DNA of 63,360 nucleotides, the filler included, from Octopus bimaculoides (taxonomy: Eukaryota): the NCBI RefSeq assembly GCF_001194135.2. It is 4 parts of 4 records of this genome, joined end to end, with 100 filler letters (N's around TTAATTAATTAA, not from the genome) between each part and the next. Parts side by side here need not be neighbours in the genome. Positions count along the whole stretch, not along the records: positions 56,857 to 63,360 come from NC_069000.1; 3 more parts are not named here. One strand, 5' to 3'. A program made the translations under genes and the position numbers. Each line of letters begins with the position of its first letter. Positions within the stretch are counted from its first letter, which is position 1. This document shows, piece by piece, positions 62,869-63,360 of this stretch. Below the pieces are notes generated by a model. The model did no database searches. It was not told the origin of the DNA and saw only the letters and a program-made list of their open reading frames with translations.

Positions 62869-63311
62869 TTAGATATCAAATATATTAACACAATATATAT
62901 GACTCAATACATCTTCAAGATTCAGACATGTTTTAACACTGCGAAAGAGAACTGACTGCTATTTCTTACGGGTCTAGTGACGACGATTGTGCTTCTTGGG
63001 TTGTATGGGTTTGGGTAACAAAGTTCGTATACAGATTATGGAAATATTTACGAAAATCCACTCCACTCGATTTTATGATGGTTAATTAGATTGTCAGCTA
63101 ATTAAATAAATACTTTACTCGAGAGTATTGGTCTATATTTGTCTATGACATAAGTGTCTAAGACGTTGTACAGGCTAATTTAAAGACGCAACCACAAACA
63201 CCCGCGCACGCACACACACACACGCACACATGCGTACTCAAACAAGCCTGCACAGACATAGACACACACACACGTATATACACACTCGAGGTGACAAATA
63301 TGTGTATATGT

Positions 63312-63360
<49 letters not shown>

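Overview
Eukaryotic draft genomic DNA: very AT-rich, microsatellite-saturated and gapped. The repeat families and style suggest a coleoid cephalopod, probably Octopus (inference from recalled repeat families, not a database hit). The window is not one contiguous locus. Three 100-bp spacers (44 N + TTAATTAATTAA + 44 N) at 11747-11846, 39604-39703 and 56757-56856 join four separate pieces. Two host genes are recognisable: the last two coding exons of ARL6IP1 (+, 17065-17149 and 18773-18894) and one otoferlin C2F-region exon (-, 54125-54315). Almost all ORFs in the supplied track are microsatellite or N artefacts. The rest of the window is decayed transposable elements: RTE, Tx1/L1-like and RLE-type LINE remnants, three tRNA-derived SINE families, Tc1/mariner and hAT remnants, and piggyBac-type MITEs. 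The most notable non-coding observations are (i) a type I hammerhead ribozyme with an intact catalytic core at 42539-42635 (-), (ii) a ~305-bp fold-back hairpin ~520 nt upstream of the otoferlin exon, (iii) a diverged ~2.5-2.9 kb local duplication that keeps a CRE + YY1-like motif pair and an 11-bp hairpin stem, and (iv) an RTE LINE whose ORF ends in three C2H2-like fingers. I found no convincing wholly novel multi-gene system.
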